A DNA stretch of 64,000 nt from Stylophora pistillata (lineage: Eukaryota): contig NW_019218169.1 of the NCBI RefSeq assembly GCF_002571385.2, forward strand, positions 197,995 through 261,994. The letters are read 5' to 3'. Positions 63,199-64,000 of this stretch are shown here, piece by piece; position 1 is the stretch's first letter; the number at the start of each line of letters is the position of its first letter. The notes beneath the pieces were generated by a model. It was not told the origin of the DNA, searched no databases, and saw only the letters and a program-made list of their open reading frames with translations. A program made the position numbers and the translations under genes.

Positions 63199-64000
63199 AC
63201 AATCAATCAATCAATCCTTTATTTAAACACGTGACACCTAGGAGTACAGAAGTTCTCGTTAAAACGTGTACGTGTATGTACAATTAGAAATAAAACATAA
63301 TTTCTGTAAGAATACAAATAATAATTAGATCTATTAAATAACTAAAAACAGGATCGAAGATCGTAGACAAGAGCTATCAATAAAAAGTTACAATATTAGC
63401 AATAACGATATTTACAATCACTGCCACTAAGCCATGTGGGCTTTAAGAGAACGCTTGAATGAAACAATATCTTGAGATTCTCTGAGTCTAGGGGGTAGCG
63501 CATTCCAAAGTTTACTAGCTAAAAATGAAAAAGACCGATATAAAAACTCAAGATTAAAAGGAGGTAAATCTAGCCGTGTACTGAGCCCGCGCAAACTATA
63601 CGGTACATTTCTAAAATGAAAAAAATCACTTATATAAGGAGCCCCCTTATCATACAAGCACTTATATAACATAACTAACGATTGGAATTGCCTACGATTC
63701 TCCAAAGACTTAATGTCGGCCAACTTGAGGAGGAAGTCGTATGACACAGACTTCGAGAAGCCTAATATAGTTCTTAATATAAAGTAATTAGTTGTCTCTA
63801 TTTTAGTAGTCTCCGCGTTACCTACTCCCAGTAAAAGGGGACTGCAGTACTCGAGATGAGGGAGAACATAGGCCTTATATAAACGAACTAACACGTCCTT
63901 TGAAATAAACTTACGTATTCTCCGCAAAGCCGAAGCCTTTGCGCATCCCTTATTCAGCTGTTGCTTTATGTGCGCTTTAAATGTTAATTTGCTATCTAGG
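63199..64000 (-). mobile_element. LINE (CR1/L2 clade) ORF2 C-terminus, 3' UTR and (ATTG)n tail; continues off-window
   Basis: LYKAYVLPHLEYCSP...RSFSFLASKLWNALP...SFKRSLK; AATAAA then (ATTG)n; reading frame intact. Confidence 0.9.

Overview
Intron-rich, AT-rich animal genomic DNA, most likely a scleractinian coral or other anthozoan (inferred from repeat families and gene set), from a draft scaffold with N gaps. The ORF track shows only exon fragments, so genes were spliced by hand. Order: GRAMD4 (-, 3' end off-window) head-to-head with ceramide kinase CERK (+); an orphan exon of an uncharacterised invertebrate family; mitochondrial-clan P450 #1 (+); an unknown all-phase-0 gene (-); LSM8 (-, U12 intron) head-to-head with an intronless 2xCCHC zinc-knuckle TATDN2-like nuclease (+); MFSD3 (-) head-to-head with mitochondrial-clan P450 #2 (+); a type II membrane sulfotransferase (-). 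Repeats include tRNA-derived SINEs, MITEs, LINE 3' ends, Penelope-type minimal hammerhead motifs, two ~1.6-1.7 kb intronic foldback elements and a 68-bp minisatellite. The most striking structure is X-[whole P450 gene]-Y-N-X'-[530 bp holding the unknown gene's last exon]-Y': two versions of one locus, each retaining a different gene, with divergence concentrated at the breakpoints. No CRISPR, rRNA or genuine tRNA gene was found.
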